Assembly: GCA_025603075.1 (NCBI GenBank)
Contig: MU626282.1
Coordinates: 1-64,000 of the forward strand
Direction: 5' to 3'
Origin: Neoconidiobolus thromboides FSU 785
Lineage: Eukaryota > Fungi > Entomophthoromycota
DNA length: 64,000 nucleotides
In this document: in pieces, positions 25,633-39,321 of the stretch
Layout of the letters: each line of letters starts with the position of its first letter
Position numbering within the stretch: the stretch's first letter is position 1
Notes under the pieces: model-generated
Database searches by the model: none
The model's input: the letters and a program-made list of their open reading frames with translations, nothing else
What the model was told of the DNA's origin: nothing
Made by a program: the position numbers and the translations under genes

Positions 25633-26230
25633 CCTAGATGGAATCTAGAAACAGTCGTTTTTATAATAAAACATATTTATATTTTATTATAATTGTATAT
25701 TTGATTCCTCAATAATTCCTTTTTCATTTAATTTTTTTCAGCTATTTGGGCCCTCTGTCTTAATTGATTTATTTGAAATTGTAGCTCTATTACAATTATT
25801 TTTAGTCTTCATAACCCTTTGATGAGAAAATTAAATTTGACTAATGCTATTTTAAAAAAGGGTACTAAATAATACATCATATAAATGTTTGACGCTACTA
25901 AATTGACAGTAATTTAAAAATGGAAACAAATATACTCATAACTTTGTAAATATTATACTTGAATAAAATCTATCATTATACTAAAACACTTGATTTAATT
26001 GCATTATTTGATCACTTCACTATAGGATGATACTTGTCCTTTAATATATTAAGTGTGTTTCCACACAACAGGTCTCCGACCACTTTGTAATAATATATCA
26101 TAATTATTTATCGTAATGCAAAAAATTACAAAAGCGAGATAACGGAAGTAAAATAAAAGATTCATTTTTTCATTTTGAGTTGTAAGCTCATCAACTTTGC
26201 CTATAAGTATCTCAACATTGTTTTTAGACT

Positions 26231-26337
26231 ATATGGGGATGAATTTTTATGTTTAAGAATTCTACTAACAAATTTTCCGCTCAAATAGCGCTTAAAAAGT
26301 AGAAAAAGTAATGAAGTCAAAAAAAACAGCCCCATAT
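26231..26337. mobile_element. MITE-like element, copy 7
   Basis: ATATGGGGATG ... CCGCTCAAATAGCGCTTAAAA ... CAGCCCCATAT. Confidence 0.92.
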
Positions 26338-26856
26338 ATTTTACATCTTTGATTGCTTTTTCTGAAAAATAAGGGGTAATGGCTTTTTTATATATCTTAT
26401 TAGTTATTTAATAAATTATTTAAGGACTATTCTTTGATAATGAAAGCTTCTTTTTCTGATAATACTGTTAACTATTTGCATACAAAATTTCATTACTATC
26501 TACCTTGTACTAAAACCAGTTTCCTTCTTTATAAGATAAACATTATAAGCTTGATTTTTGATAGTTATATGTTGAATATATTTTATTAGATGCCGATTCT
26601 GAAGCAAATGTAACTTTATTTGAATCTAATTTAAATTGATATTGACAAATTATTGGAATTTAGATTCCTCACTTAACTTTACAAAATTCCCATATTTGTT
26701 ATGTATATCTAAACAATAAATATGAAATGTACCAGTTATTATATAGATAATATCTATAAGTGAAAATATTAAATTTATTAGTGGACCAGTACTTCTTTTA
26801 AACGAATAAAGCCCTTACTGTAGCTTACTTTTATAAAATGAGTTAAAAGAAAGAGT

Positions 26857-26962
26857 ATATGAGGATGTATTTTTTCGTTTGAGAATTTTACTAAGAATTT
26901 TTCCACTCAAATAGCGGTTAAAAAATGGGAAAGTAATGGAATCAAAAAAAACATCCCCATAT
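26857..26962. mobile_element. MITE-like element, copy 8
   Basis: ATATGAGGATGT ... ACATCCCCATAT. Confidence 0.92.
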
Positions 26963-27184
26963 GTAAAAAATAAGTATAATAAAGTAGGGAAAATAAACTA
27001 CAAATCAACATTGAGACTATAACAAACATTTTTCTATTTATTCTTAATATTACTTTCTTTTATAGTTTTTGGACACTTTTATGGTTCAATAAATGAATTA
27101 TCAAAATTTTATAGTAGCTAGAGTTAATTCACATTGTTATTGCATATTTATTGAGAGTTTACAAGTTTTAAAACTTTCATTAAT

Positions 27185-27291
27185 ATACGGGGATGTTTTT
27201 TTTAGCTTCAGCATTTTTTCCATCTTTTAAGCGCTATTTGAGTGGAAAAATTGTTAGTAAAATTTCTAAATACAAAAACACATCCCCATAT
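27185..27291. mobile_element. MITE-like element, copy 9
   Basis: ATACGGGGATGT ... AAGCGCTATTTGAGTGGAAA ... ACATCCCCATAT. Confidence 0.92.
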
Positions 27292-27462
27292 TATAAGTGA
27301 AAAACAATATATTTGAAACCTTTTGAGAAATTTTATATTAGTAAATCAAGAGTCTGGTTGATGTTAAAGGGTTTTAATTCATTTAATTTTAGTTTTCAAA
27401 TCTTCAATCATACTTTTGTTTAAAGTATATTAACTTGTTATCTTGTTATTTAAAAATAATAT

Positions 27463-27535
27463 ATATGAGGATGTTTTTTTGATTCCATTGCTTTTTCATT
27501 TTTTAACCTCTATTTAAGTAGAAAAATTCTTAAAA
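27463..27535. mobile_element. MITE-like element, copy 10 (truncated), just upstream of the tRNA gene
   Basis: ATATGAGGATGTTTTTTTGATTCCATT ... CTATTTAAGTAGAAAAATT; second terminus missing. Confidence 0.7.
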
Positions 27536-27577
27536 AAGTACGTTGGAATATATTAGTTTATTGTGACAATGGAAGTA

Positions 27578-27660
27578 GATCAGGTGGCCGAGTTGGTCTA
27601 AGGCGCCGTGTTAAGGCCGCGGTCTCTTCGGAGGCGTGGGTTCGAATCCCATCCTGATCA
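27578..27660 (+). tRNA. tRNA-Leu, anticodon AAG, intronless
   Basis: Acceptor stem GATCAGG/CCTGATC, D-arm GCC..GGC, anticodon stem CCGTG/CGCGG with loop TTAAGGC, variable arm with TTCG loop, T-arm GTGGG-TTCGAAT-CCCAT. Confidence 0.97.
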
Positions 27661-27955
27661 TTAATTTTAGTCATCATACTAATGACAAAATTTTATTTTA
27701 ACTATTTGAATAGTAATTGTTATTTTCATCTTGCTTAAGAATGCATATACCACTCACTCTGATGATAAGAGCTTGCTATATAAAGTAAGGACATATTTAT
27801 TTTTAACTAATATAAAATCATAAGCATCAGTAATCTTTATTCTTAATGCTAATGATTAGTAATTCAATCTATGATTTTGATGATGTCAGAACTCATTTAT
27901 CAACTATAAATACATTTAAAAATCAAACTCAATAATATTAAAAAAAAATAACAAG

Positions 27956-29113
27956 ATGAGTCAAGCAACTGTTAGTACTAAAACTTATACCTTATCCAGT
28001 GGCCATAAAATGCCAGCTATCGGATTAGGCACTAGTAAATTTTAATTTAATTAAATATTTTTTCTTAATTAAATAAACAAATTAGAAAAAGGAGATGACC
28101 GTGAACAAACTATTAGAATTATTCAAGATGCTATTGAATCTGGTTATCGTCATATCGATACAGCAGCTATGTGTAAGTTCCTTATTATCATTAATTTTCA
28201 AAAACCTTTATAACATCCCCTTAATAGATGAAACAGAGGATATGGTAGGTGAAGCTATTCGTCGTAGCGGAGTTAAAAGAGAAGACTTATTTGTAACTAG
28301 TAAAGTATGGTGTACTGATTTAATTAAAGAGAGAGTTCTACCAGCATTTGAAAAAAGTTTAGCTACTTTAAATGTAGACTATATTGATTTATATTTAATT
28401 CATTGGCCAATCGCTTTTGAATCTCCTCAAAGTAGTCCACCTAAAGTAATTGAAAATTATGATTTTGTAGAGACTTGGAAAGAGTTAGAGGTAAAGTAAA
28501 TTCTATAGAACTTAGTACCTTTTAATAAATTATAAATAGAAATTAGTAGAAAGTGGAAAAGTTAAATCTATTGGCGTATCTAATTTTAATATTGAAAAAT
28601 TAGAAAGATTATTAAAACATTGTAAAATACCACCAACTGTTAATCAAGTAGAACTTCATCCATATTTAGCTCAACCTGACCTTAAAAAGTTCTGTGATGA
28701 AAATAAAATTATTTTAACAGGTTATTCTCCTTTAGGTAGATCAATTGAACCTAGAATTGATCAAGATAAAGTAGTAAGTTAAATAATAATAATATGTTTT
28801 TAATAATATTCACTTAAATTTAGATTGTTGAATTAGCTGATAAATATCAAGTATCATCAGCTCAAATAATCTTGAGTTGGGCCGTACAAAGAGGTACTGC
28901 AGGTAAATTAAGAATACTAGTATTGAAAATCATTGGTGTAGTTTTATTAATTATTATTTAGTTGTACCAAGATCTGCTAATAAAGAAAGACAATTAAAAA
29001 ATATCACTTTAGTACAATTGGATGAAGATGATAAGAAAAAAGTAGATGATTTAAATAAGAATCATCGTTATATTAATCCAGAAAAAATGTGGGGTGTTAA
29101 AAATGTATTTTAA
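27956..29113 (+). CDS. Aldo-keto reductase (multi-exon)
   Basis: [54 protein letters not shown]. Confidence 0.95.
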
Positions 29114-29349
29114 ATATATATTGAAATAAACAATGTGTTAAGTATTATTTTATTATTTTATTATTTTATTTTTATTTTATTTTTAATATCAAAGTAATAT
29201 TTTAAAACTATGATTAAAACTCGTCAAGCCTCATTTTAAAATCTAATTTTTTAATGAAATTTACTAAGTTTAGAAAATTCTAATCTCTTTTTTTAAGCCA
29301 AACTTTCAATTCATTTTAAAAATTTTCCACAAAATTTTCAATTTCCAAA

Positions 29350-31308
29350 ATGAATTTGAACAAACGAGTGATAGCGATCTTTGGCACAACAGGAGTAGGA
29401 AAAACGAAATTAAGTATCGAATTAGCTAAGCGGTATAATGGAGAAATAATTAATGTAGATGTAATGCAGGTAATTCAATTCTCATTTCAATAATAACAAT
29501 TATATCTTATGTTAAAACAATAACAAAAATATTTATAATGTGAAATGGAAATTAATAATTAAATCAAATATTTTAGATGTATAAAGGCTTTGATATTATC
29601 ACTAACAAAGCTACTTTAAAAGAAAGAGATTTAATACCTCATCATATGATGGATTTTGTATCAATTGAAGAAGAATATGATATCCAACAATTTGAAAATG
29701 ATGCATTGAAAAAAGTAAATTTAATAAATTTTAAATTAATTAATCTTTTTATAAATCAACTAAACAATCTATTCAATTTATTATAGATAGATATGCTTCA
29801 TTCTAAAAACAAAATACCTATATTAGTAGGTGGTACTCATTATTATTTTCAATCTTTATTATGGGAAAATAATATTATTAATAAAAATTCCCTTCCTTTA
29901 TCAAATTCACTTTCCCCTTCCTCCACTATTCCTATAGAAGATATTAGCAAACTAAAAACTCATTGGTCAACATTAGATAATCGATCATTATATACTGAAC
30001 TTGAAAAAGTAGATCCAGAGATAGCAGTTCAATGGCATTATAATGATCGACGACGAGTATTAAGGGGATTAGAAATTTATCATTCAATGAATCAAAAGCA
30101 GAGCGAACTATTAAAATCTCAAAAAGAAAAAAAGAAATTGCGATTTAATACACTAGTATTTTGGACATTTAGTGAGAAAAATGAGTTAGATAAAAGATTA
30201 GATGATAGAGTAGATAGTATGGTAAAGGTAAGTTAAAAAGAAATAGAAAGAGAGAATTAAAGTATTTGTTAATTATTTATAACTTAATATAGGAAGGGTT
30301 AATTAATGAAATGAATGAATTGTATAATTGTTTAAACAAATTACCTAGTGATATTGGAGAGTATGACCGTGGTATTAAACAAGCTATCGGTAAGTTTACT
30401 GTATATTATTTATTATCATTTATTATTATTTATTATTTTAGGGTTTAAAGCGTTTGATCCTTATTTTCAATTATTAAAACAACAAAAAGAAGAAAAGGAA
30501 CAATTTGAAGTTGAGTAAGTATTACATTTTCTTTTACTAATATCAATTTATTTCAATAATACTAATCTTAATTTATTGTTTTATTGTTTTATTTATTAAT
30601 TTGATTTATACTTAATTTAGATTGCAAAAAGTAACTCTATCTTGTCTTGAAGTAATGAAACAACAAACTCGAAAATATGCTAAAAAACAAATTAATTTTA
30701 TTAAAAACAAATTAATGCTGTTAATAAAAAATAGTGTCCAAAATCAAGAAGCGATTTTTCCAAGATTATTAAATGCTACTGGTAAGTAAAATTAAATTTC
30801 AAAAAAGGAATATTGTTGAAGATTTTATAACAATAAACACTTATAATAATATCTTTGTTTATTATAGATTTAAATCAATGGGATAAGAATGTATTAAATA
30901 GAGCAATTGAGCTATGTGATAGTAAAAATTAATTGAATTTTTTAAAGTTATTTAATAGAATTCTTTTTTTTATTTAGAAATATTAATACAAAATAATACT
31001 TTCATAGAATTAGATACTGAATTTCAATCTTTATTTAATAATTGTGAAAATAATAGGTAATCATATTAATACTGATTTATTAACTTATTCACTTAAATAC
31101 CTCTTTACCTTTTAGTTATATTAAATTTGAAAATTGGAAAAAAAGAGTTTGTGAATCATGTTCTTTAAGAATAGATAAAACAACAGGTAGCTTAGTGGAA
31201 CCAGTAATAATTAATGGAGATCAAGAATGGGAAGCTCATCTAAAAAGTAAAATGCATCGTAAACAAAAAGATTTTAATAAGTATAAAGCATTAGTAAAAT
31301 TAGATTAA
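29350..31308 (+). CDS. MOD5: tRNA dimethylallyltransferase with C-terminal zinc finger (multi-exon)
   Basis: GTTGVGKT P-loop, [45 protein letters not shown], final CESC...[10 protein letters not shown]. Confidence 0.93.
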
Positions 31309-31441
31309 TTTAATAATAATAATAATAATAAATATACAATGAAATAAACATAAACATAAAAATAAACATAAAAATAAAATATATAGAATATAATTTAATT
31401 TATAGTATTGGATTATTATTAATTTATTAAAATATTATTAA

Positions 31442-34400
31442 TTATTCTACCCATGGATTTTCATTTTCATTTTCATTTTCATTATGACTATTATTCAATA
31501 ATGAAGTAGTCATTGTTTCAATATCACCTTCTTCAATTAATTGATTTAGCCCATTAAAACTATTATGATTTTGATGATTCATGGTGTTTCTTCTACTACT
31601 CTTTTTATTCAATAATACCGCAGATAAACGATTAATCTTATTTGGATCTTTACCTGGTACAAAATAAGATAAAAACAAATTAATCCAGAAAGGTACAATC
31701 AATATTGTTACTGATAATATTAATGTTAACCAAAATTTAGATTGATAAAATAAACCAGCAATTTCATACATTTTTAATAATGGTATTTCTACTGATGCTA
31801 AATAAGTAGTTATAAAATAAGTTAATATGGTACCAAATACTACTATCATATTTAAATAAGTAAAATGATTTGTATAAATTGCAATTGTTAATTGAACTGT
31901 TACTACAACTATTGAATAAGCCATGAAAGATAAAGATAAGCCAGAATGAGGGGCATCAAATATAATAGTATTATCCATTTCATTGACAACAGAATAAAAA
32001 AAGACTGATAAAAATAAAGTAATTAAACCTTGTAATATTGCCCAACCAAACCATTTAAATGTCGAATTAACAAATAAATAATGTGGATCTCTACCATTAG
32101 TAAATTGATATAATTTAGGTTCATTTAATAAGATGTTTTCTTCAATATCTTTATCTAATACATAAAATAAAATAGGTAATCCTGTATATAATATATTATA
32201 TAATGAAAGTGAATAGGTAGTTAATAATGAACTTCCTGAAAACCCATTAAATAATTGATAACCTGCTTGTAATGTAGATACAAATAAACTCTTATAAAAA
32301 CAATATAATGCTACAAATTTAACTCGATGTAATGAATATCTTCCATGAACTAAAATTAATCGATTTAAATGATAAAATCGAGATATTGAAATATCACATG
32401 CTCTACTAGCTTGTAAACCTTCTCTACCTCTTAATCCAATCCCTATATTGGCTCTTTGAATCATTCTTACATCATTACCACCATCACCAATGGCTAAAGT
32501 AACTTTACCTTGACTTTTAATCATATCTACCATTTCTCCTTTTTGTTTAGGTGTTGCTCGACAACATATTACTGTATGGGCTTGTAACGCTAATTTTAAG
32601 AATTTAGTTTTTAATGTAATATTTTCTAATATCCATTTTAAACATTGACCATCTAATACTAAAGACAATATAGGTTGACTTAATTCATTGTGGTGTAATA
32701 TTGGGGTAATAGGGTGTTGTTGTTGATTATTATTATTATTGATATGAGCTATATTATTAATTAAATCTAAATTTTTAATTTCAAATTCAATCTTATTTAA
32801 TAATAAATTGGGATCTAATTCATTTGCTGATAATATAACAGTATTTCCATTATCACTTGGTAATAAATGACAAGATTTACCAATTTGTATAGCAGTTATT
32901 AATTTATCTCCAGTTAACATCCAAATTTTAATGCCTGCTTTACGTAAACTAGCTATAGTAGTAGGTACATTTGTTTGTAATTTATCTTCAATTCCAGTAC
33001 ATCCTAGTAATTCAAAGGAATGTTCAATATTACAATAACTTTGTTCAATTAATTCTTCTCGTTCATTGATTGCTGTTATTGCTTTTTGATGTTCTTTTTT
33101 CCATGATATATATTCTTCTCGGGTTATTTGTTTATAAGCAATCGTTAATGTTCTTAATCCCATACTAGCATAATCTAATAAATGTTGCTCTGTTAAATCC
33201 AATATATCATTAGATTGACATAAAGGTAATAATGTATCATCAGCTCCTTTAGTTAAGACTAATATGGGACTATCTTGATCACAAAAAGGTTCAATTCGTT
33301 GTAATATAATCGACATTCTTTTTCTATTGGAAGAAAATTCTAATATATCCAATAATTTATATTTATAAAGAGGTAAATTACCCACTTTTAAACTTAATAT
33401 TTTATTTTGTTCTTGAATAAATTCAAATCCAACTTTATTTGCTGCTTCAACTAAGGCTTCTTCATCGGGTGAATTACCTTTATATTCCATTTGATTTTTA
33501 GTTTCATTAAATTTAGGAATTATTTTATGACATAAACTTAATACTTCAAAAAATTTCAATAATTTATAATGATATGGATCTAATTGAATATTTGGTTCTT
33601 TTAAACTTTTAAATAATTGTTGAATATGTTTATCTAATATTAAATTCCATATACAATTTCCAGAATATGATAGTCTTCCAATATCTGATGATGCAATATA
33701 TGATTTACCTGCAATAGAACAACATTTAAATACCATAATGTTTTCAGTTAAAGTTCCTGTTTTATCAGTCATTATATATTCAATTTGTCCTAATTCATCT
33801 GGTATTGAAGTGTTTTTTGGAATAGCTGGTCCTCTTGTTTCATCTAGCATATGAATATCCCAACCGATAAAACAAGAACACATAAATTTAGTTAAATCCA
33901 TACTAACTTTTAATGAAATTGGTATTACTAAAGATAATAATAATAACATTCTTAATGGTATTGTTATATGATTTATAAAATTATCTTCAAATTGTTGATT
34001 GTGATGATTATAATATAAATAATCATGTTTTTTTATAAATTCATTAAATTGTAATCGATTTCCAATTGTACCTAAAACAAAAAAAATATTAATATTAATA
34101 TTTATAATAATATAATAATATATCTACCTAAAAATAATACTAATAATAATTGTAATATAAATACTAATATTGATGCTCTTTCAATTTGTAAATCCAATAT
34201 AGTTAATTTCTGATGTGAATTTCCTTTATTTAAACCCAATTTTGTTTCTAGACCAGTATAAACAGCAACGCCATAAACAAATTTAGTATTTTTTAATATT
34301 GTACCTTGTAATAACAATTGATTTGGATTTAATGGTATAATATTACCGTCTAGTATTAATCTTGCATCAAAATTATAAAGATGAGCATTAGGTTGTGGAC

Positions 34401-35272
34401 ATTCAATAATACCATTCAAATTACAAAATTCATCTAATTCCATTTCCATTGTTATTTTAGGACAATGAATTGTTTTTAGATTCGATTCTCCATCTAAATT
34501 CGATGTTAACAAATAAGCTTCTCCATATGCTTCATCACTTTTTAATAATACTAAATCACAAGGAATTTCTTCATCTTGTGAAATTTTCACTATATCTCCT
34601 ACTTTTATTTGTCCACTCTGTATGGGTTTTAAACTACCATCACTGCGTAGTTTAGAATAATATCGTTCATTGAATTGTTGATCTGCTTTCCATCGTTTAT
34701 AATCATCATAAATCTCTTTAATTCCAGAAATACTAAAAATAATAATCAATGGAGTCCATGTAGTTATTGGATTAATAGGTGTCTAAAGAATAAAAAATAA
34801 AGTTAATTAATTTATTAGTAATATTGTTATTTTATTAGTAATATTGTTATTTTATAATACTTACCAATTGTTTAATTAACTGTAAACAAGCAATTAATAA
34901 AAAATAAAAATTCATAAACCTCCTATAAAAAAAAAGTATTATTTATTAAATTGTTTATACCATTTTAATATTAATAACAGAAACTTACCCAAACTGTTCC
35001 CAGAAAAATATTGGCAAAAAAGTCAATAGACTATACTTTGTATTTAATACTTTATTATTTTTAAATTTATTTAATTGATTTAACTCTCGATTGATTTTAA
35101 TACTATCGCTTGTATCAGCTTCATCTAAATTAGGAAAAGGCACTATTTTAATAACTCGTATTTTTTTATCTTCTAAATCTTCTTTTCTGAAATTAGGTAA
35201 TCGACTAGTGATAGGTTGTAACAGTCGTTTAACATAATCAACGATATTAAATTCAATATGAAAATTATTCAT
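31442..35272 (-). CDS. P4-type ATPase (phospholipid flippase), multi-exon
   Basis: NTKYSLLTFLP, LDGESNLK, DKTGTLTEN, SPDEEALV, WMLTGDK, AIGDGGNDV, LILVHGRY. Confidence 0.95.
34811..34850. repeat. Perfect 20-bp tandem duplication in a P4-ATPase intron
   Basis: TTTATTAGTAATATTGTTAT x2. Confidence 0.85.
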
Positions 35273-35532
35273 TTTATTTATTTATTAAAATAAAAGTAAA
35301 TTAAATAAAATTAAAGGATTATTTAAATTTATCAAGAACATAAGTTAACTTCATTTATTCTCATTAAAAAATATATATTTTATTTAATTGGTTTATTCTC
35401 CCCCGCTTTAACCTATAATAAGCCATTTGAATTTGAACTAACGGAATTAAGCCACTGTCAAAAACCAGCTCATTTTTAAAATACTAATATTTGAAAATAA
35501 TGATTAAATAATGAGATCAATTGACCATTTAT

Positions 35533-36324
35533 CTATGCTTTTACTTCCAATTTTATAATTTCATTAAAATCAGTAATTGCTTCTAATTCAATATTGGGCA
35601 AATGAATATTATTAGTTAATAAATTTAGTGCTTTTGTATAAGTAATTTCTTTTTTAAATAAAGTAGAGAATAAGTGTTGTTTCATTGAGGTTTCCTGTTC
35701 AATGGATTTAAGGATGGGTGTGAGAAGGGTATCTATAACAAGAGATGAGTAAGTGATTGATTACTTTGTACAATATATATAATGATAATCTGAATCTTAC
35801 TTAAACTATTCATTGAATGTGTTAAAAATAATATTTCATCTTTTAACTTTAAATTGTTTTCTTCAATCTTTTTTAATTGTTGATAAGTTGACTGTATTTT
35901 ATGAAATTGATTTATCTAATTAAAAAATAAAAATCATCATTATGAATAATTAATAAAATGAGTAAATAAATTTACTTGTCTATCAATTACAATTTTAAAA
36001 TCTTTATTGTAAATCAATAGATATTCTTCCTTTAATAAATCTAATTGTTTGATAATTCCACTGCCTTCTCTTTCTGCTTTATTAACTAGATCCAAATGCC
36101 TATAAAATTATCAGTAAATACACTAATATTTATAAATCATACTTATTAATATATTACCAGTTATCAAACTTTATAGTCAACCAACCATTACTTAATTTGA
36201 TTAAATCAGTATTTAATTCCATAAAAAATTCTATATTTTTTTGTATATTTAACAATTCTCGTTTATATTCCGAAATTACTTTGATTTGTTGAATACTCAT
36301 TCTAATCTTGTTTTGTTCGGCCAT
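35533..36324 (-). CDS. Hypothetical coiled-coil protein of about 200 aa, at least 4 exons; 5' end uncertain; absent from the ORF track
   Basis: Three GT-AG introns join MAEQNKIRM...KFDNW / HLDLVNKAE...VIDRQ / INQFHK...MNSL / NTLLTP...LEVKA* into one open frame. Confidence 0.6.
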
Positions 36325-36725
36325 ATCTATGCTCTGTATATTCTATATATTTTATATACTCTATATAATGTCTATTGAATTCTGAAGAAAATCTGAAATT
36401 ATTGAAGCTAATAAAATTTGGCTCAATTATTAATAATAAAAACTTGAATTATTGGTCAGTCTACTCTATTTTACAAATTTGCGTCTGAAATTCTAACCGA
36501 ATTGTTTAATTGGTTAAGTTTAATTTGTTCATCATCTGACAAAGCAAAATTTGGATTCCAATTGAAAACTTACTAAGAAAAGTAAGTTAAATGATAGATT
36601 TAGATAATCAAAATAATCAAAATAATAAATATAAATAAAAGTAATCTTTTGGTCCTTTTTTTGAGACTTCTTTGTTTACAATTTATAATTCTAAAACTAA
36701 ACTAACAAAAAGAAGAAGCTATAGG

Positions 36726-38028
36726 ATGTTAAAAAATGAAATGGACAAACAGAATTTAAATTATATAGTAAAATCTTTACTTGCTGGTGGTGTGGCTGGC
36801 TGTGCAGGTAATTATATTATATTATATTATATTATATTATATTATATGTATAGCTACAGTAAACTAACGAGCAATATCTAATTATAGCCAAAACTCTTGT
36901 AGCCCCCTTAGATCGTGTTAAGATATTATTTCAAGTATCTAATCCAAAGGTACAAAAACATAGTGGTAAGTAATTATATCTAAATCGTATATAACTTCAA
37001 AAAAGAAAGCATTCGCATTAATAACGATTACTTAATTTAATTTATTAGGTAGTTTTAAAGGAATATTTGGTGCTATGAGTGATATTTATAAATCACATGG
37101 TACTTTTGGTTTATTTCAAGGCCATTCAGCTACTATTTTAAGAGTGTTTCCTTATGCTTCTATTAAATTTATGGCATTTGAACAGTTTAAAGTTGTAAGT
37201 TTATTGTTATGTATTATTGTATTATCTATTTATTATTGTTATTTTATTTTATATTAATTTTTATTGAATATTTACTAATTTTTTATAATTATTATATAGA
37301 TTGTTTATAAATTCAATTATTTTGAAAAAAGTGTATCCCATTTTATAGCGGGTTCATTAGCAGGTAAAAATTTAGTAATTATTGATTTTTAATAAGTTTT
37401 GAAATTAAACTTAAAATGAATAGGTACTACTTCAGTAATATTTACATATCCACTTGATATGATACGAACAAGAATGGCATATGAATTTGATCACCCATTA
37501 AGAATTGGAGAAACAATACGAAAAATTTATAATGAACCATTAACAATAACAACTAAAAATCGGTATTTATTAAATTGTGGTGGTCTTATTAATTTTTATC
37601 GAGGATTTTTACCGACTTTATTAGGTATTGTTCCTTACGCTGGTGTTTCTTTTTGGGCTCATTCTAAATTAACTACTTTCTTTAAAACTAAATTATCAAC
37701 TATTGCAGTTGATCAAACAATATCTAATCAAGACAAAGTTCATTTAAAAGCTTGGGCAGAATTAACTTGTGGTGGATTAGCTGGCGCAATTGCCCAAACT
37801 TGTTCTTATCCTTTAGAAGTTATACGGCGTCGTATGCAAGTAGCTGGAATCGATTCCAAATTTATTAATAGAAAAGGTATTTTTAATACAGCTCAAACCA
37901 TATTAAAAGAAAAAGGTTTAAGAGGTTTCTTTGTTGGTCTTTCAATTGGCTATATTAAAGTAACGCCAATGTTTGCTATCTCTTTCTTTACTTATTCAAA
38001 AATGAAACAATGGCTAAAAATTGATTGA
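36726..38028 (+). CDS. LEU5: Mitochondrial carrier, CoA transporter Leu5/SLC25A16-42 type
   Basis: [69 protein letters not shown]. Confidence 0.9.
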
Positions 38029-38219
38029 GTGAGTAAAAATGAAAAAGTATTAAATTTATAAATTGAAATAAATAATTGTGTTTTTTTATTTGATTTCTAT
38101 TTCGAGTTAGTAATAATAAAGAGTTTACAAAACAATAGAAATTGAATTTAAAATATGAAATTTATATAAAAAAGTGAGATGGGAAAATTGATTGAAAAAA
38201 AGATCTAGAACGTTAAAGC

Positions 38220-39321
38220 TTATTGAAAAGCAACACCAAATTTAGTTACTTGGACACTACCACCACCTGAAGCAAAACCAGTACCATCGTGAGTTAAATA
38301 AATTAAATCATCAAAGGTACATTTAATACCACATTTACTACATTGATTATGAGGTGCAATAAATTTAGTAGTACAATTATTACAAAATACATGACCACAT
38401 GGACTTAATAAAATAGGTTTCATACTATTATTCAATTGTTTAATACAATTAGGGCATTCACTTTCATCACTTTCACTTGTTTGTAATTGTACCTTAATCA
38501 TTTTTTTTAATCTAAAACAATAAAAGTAAAGTTATATTATGTTCTACACAAATAATAAATAAAATAGCCTTACGTAATACTATGTAATTCTCCTGCAGTA
38601 CAATGTGTCAATTTCAAATTTTTAGGTGCTTCAATTAATTTACTATCCATATTTGGAGTCATTGAAGGTATCCAAAAAGCGGGTAATTTAGAATCTTCAT
38701 ACCCAATACCTAATTTTCTACTTTCAACTTTAACACTTTTAGGTACTTCATCCATATCATCCAAATTTCTTTTATTATTGCTTGATTGTACTCCTTTAAT
38801 ACTAGTTGTTTCTTTTTGTGTTTTTTCAAAAGCTTCAATCTTTTCTTGTTCAATTTGTAATTGTTTTGACGCTTCTTTTTTCTAATTCAATTTATTGAGA
38901 TTAATTTAAATTAGTAAATTAATATTAGAAATTACTTGTTTTTCTGCTTCTTGTTTTTCTGCTAATTTAGATTGTTTTAATAAATTAGCTCTCTGCGTAA
39001 CTATACTTTCAACTACACATTCTTTGCATGCTATATGCCCTTTGGAACTAAAATCAATCATTAGTTTTCATCTTGGATGTAAGTTTTAAATTCTTTAATC
39101 TTACCAGCTCAATGGCATCCTTGCTTTTTGTAAACATAGATAACAGTGATCAAATTTTCTCAATGAATCTTTACCTAAACGTTGCTAATCAAAGAAATTA
39201 GTATTTTTATTGAAATAAAAGCAAATTCAACACATACTTTTTTTGATCCATAATTTGTTTTACTCTTTTCGGAATAAGTGAAGTGTCCTAATGCTGTATT
39301 GTTTTTACTATGACGTGCCAT
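38220..39321 (-). CDS. NOSIP: Nitric oxide synthase-interacting protein-like RING/U-box E3 (multi-exon)
   Basis: MARHSKNNTA, QRLGKDS, CYLCLQ, GHIACKEC, LPAFWIPSMTP, CGHVFC, GTGFASGGG. Confidence 0.9.

Noticed and set aside
25290-27535. CRISPR-like array of the recurring motif
   Set aside because: Copies are about 105 bp, irregularly spaced, in both orientations, in a eukaryotic genome with no cas genes.
36812-36846. (ATTAT)n in a LEU5 intron and other short AT microsatellites
   Set aside because: Ordinary slippage repeats.
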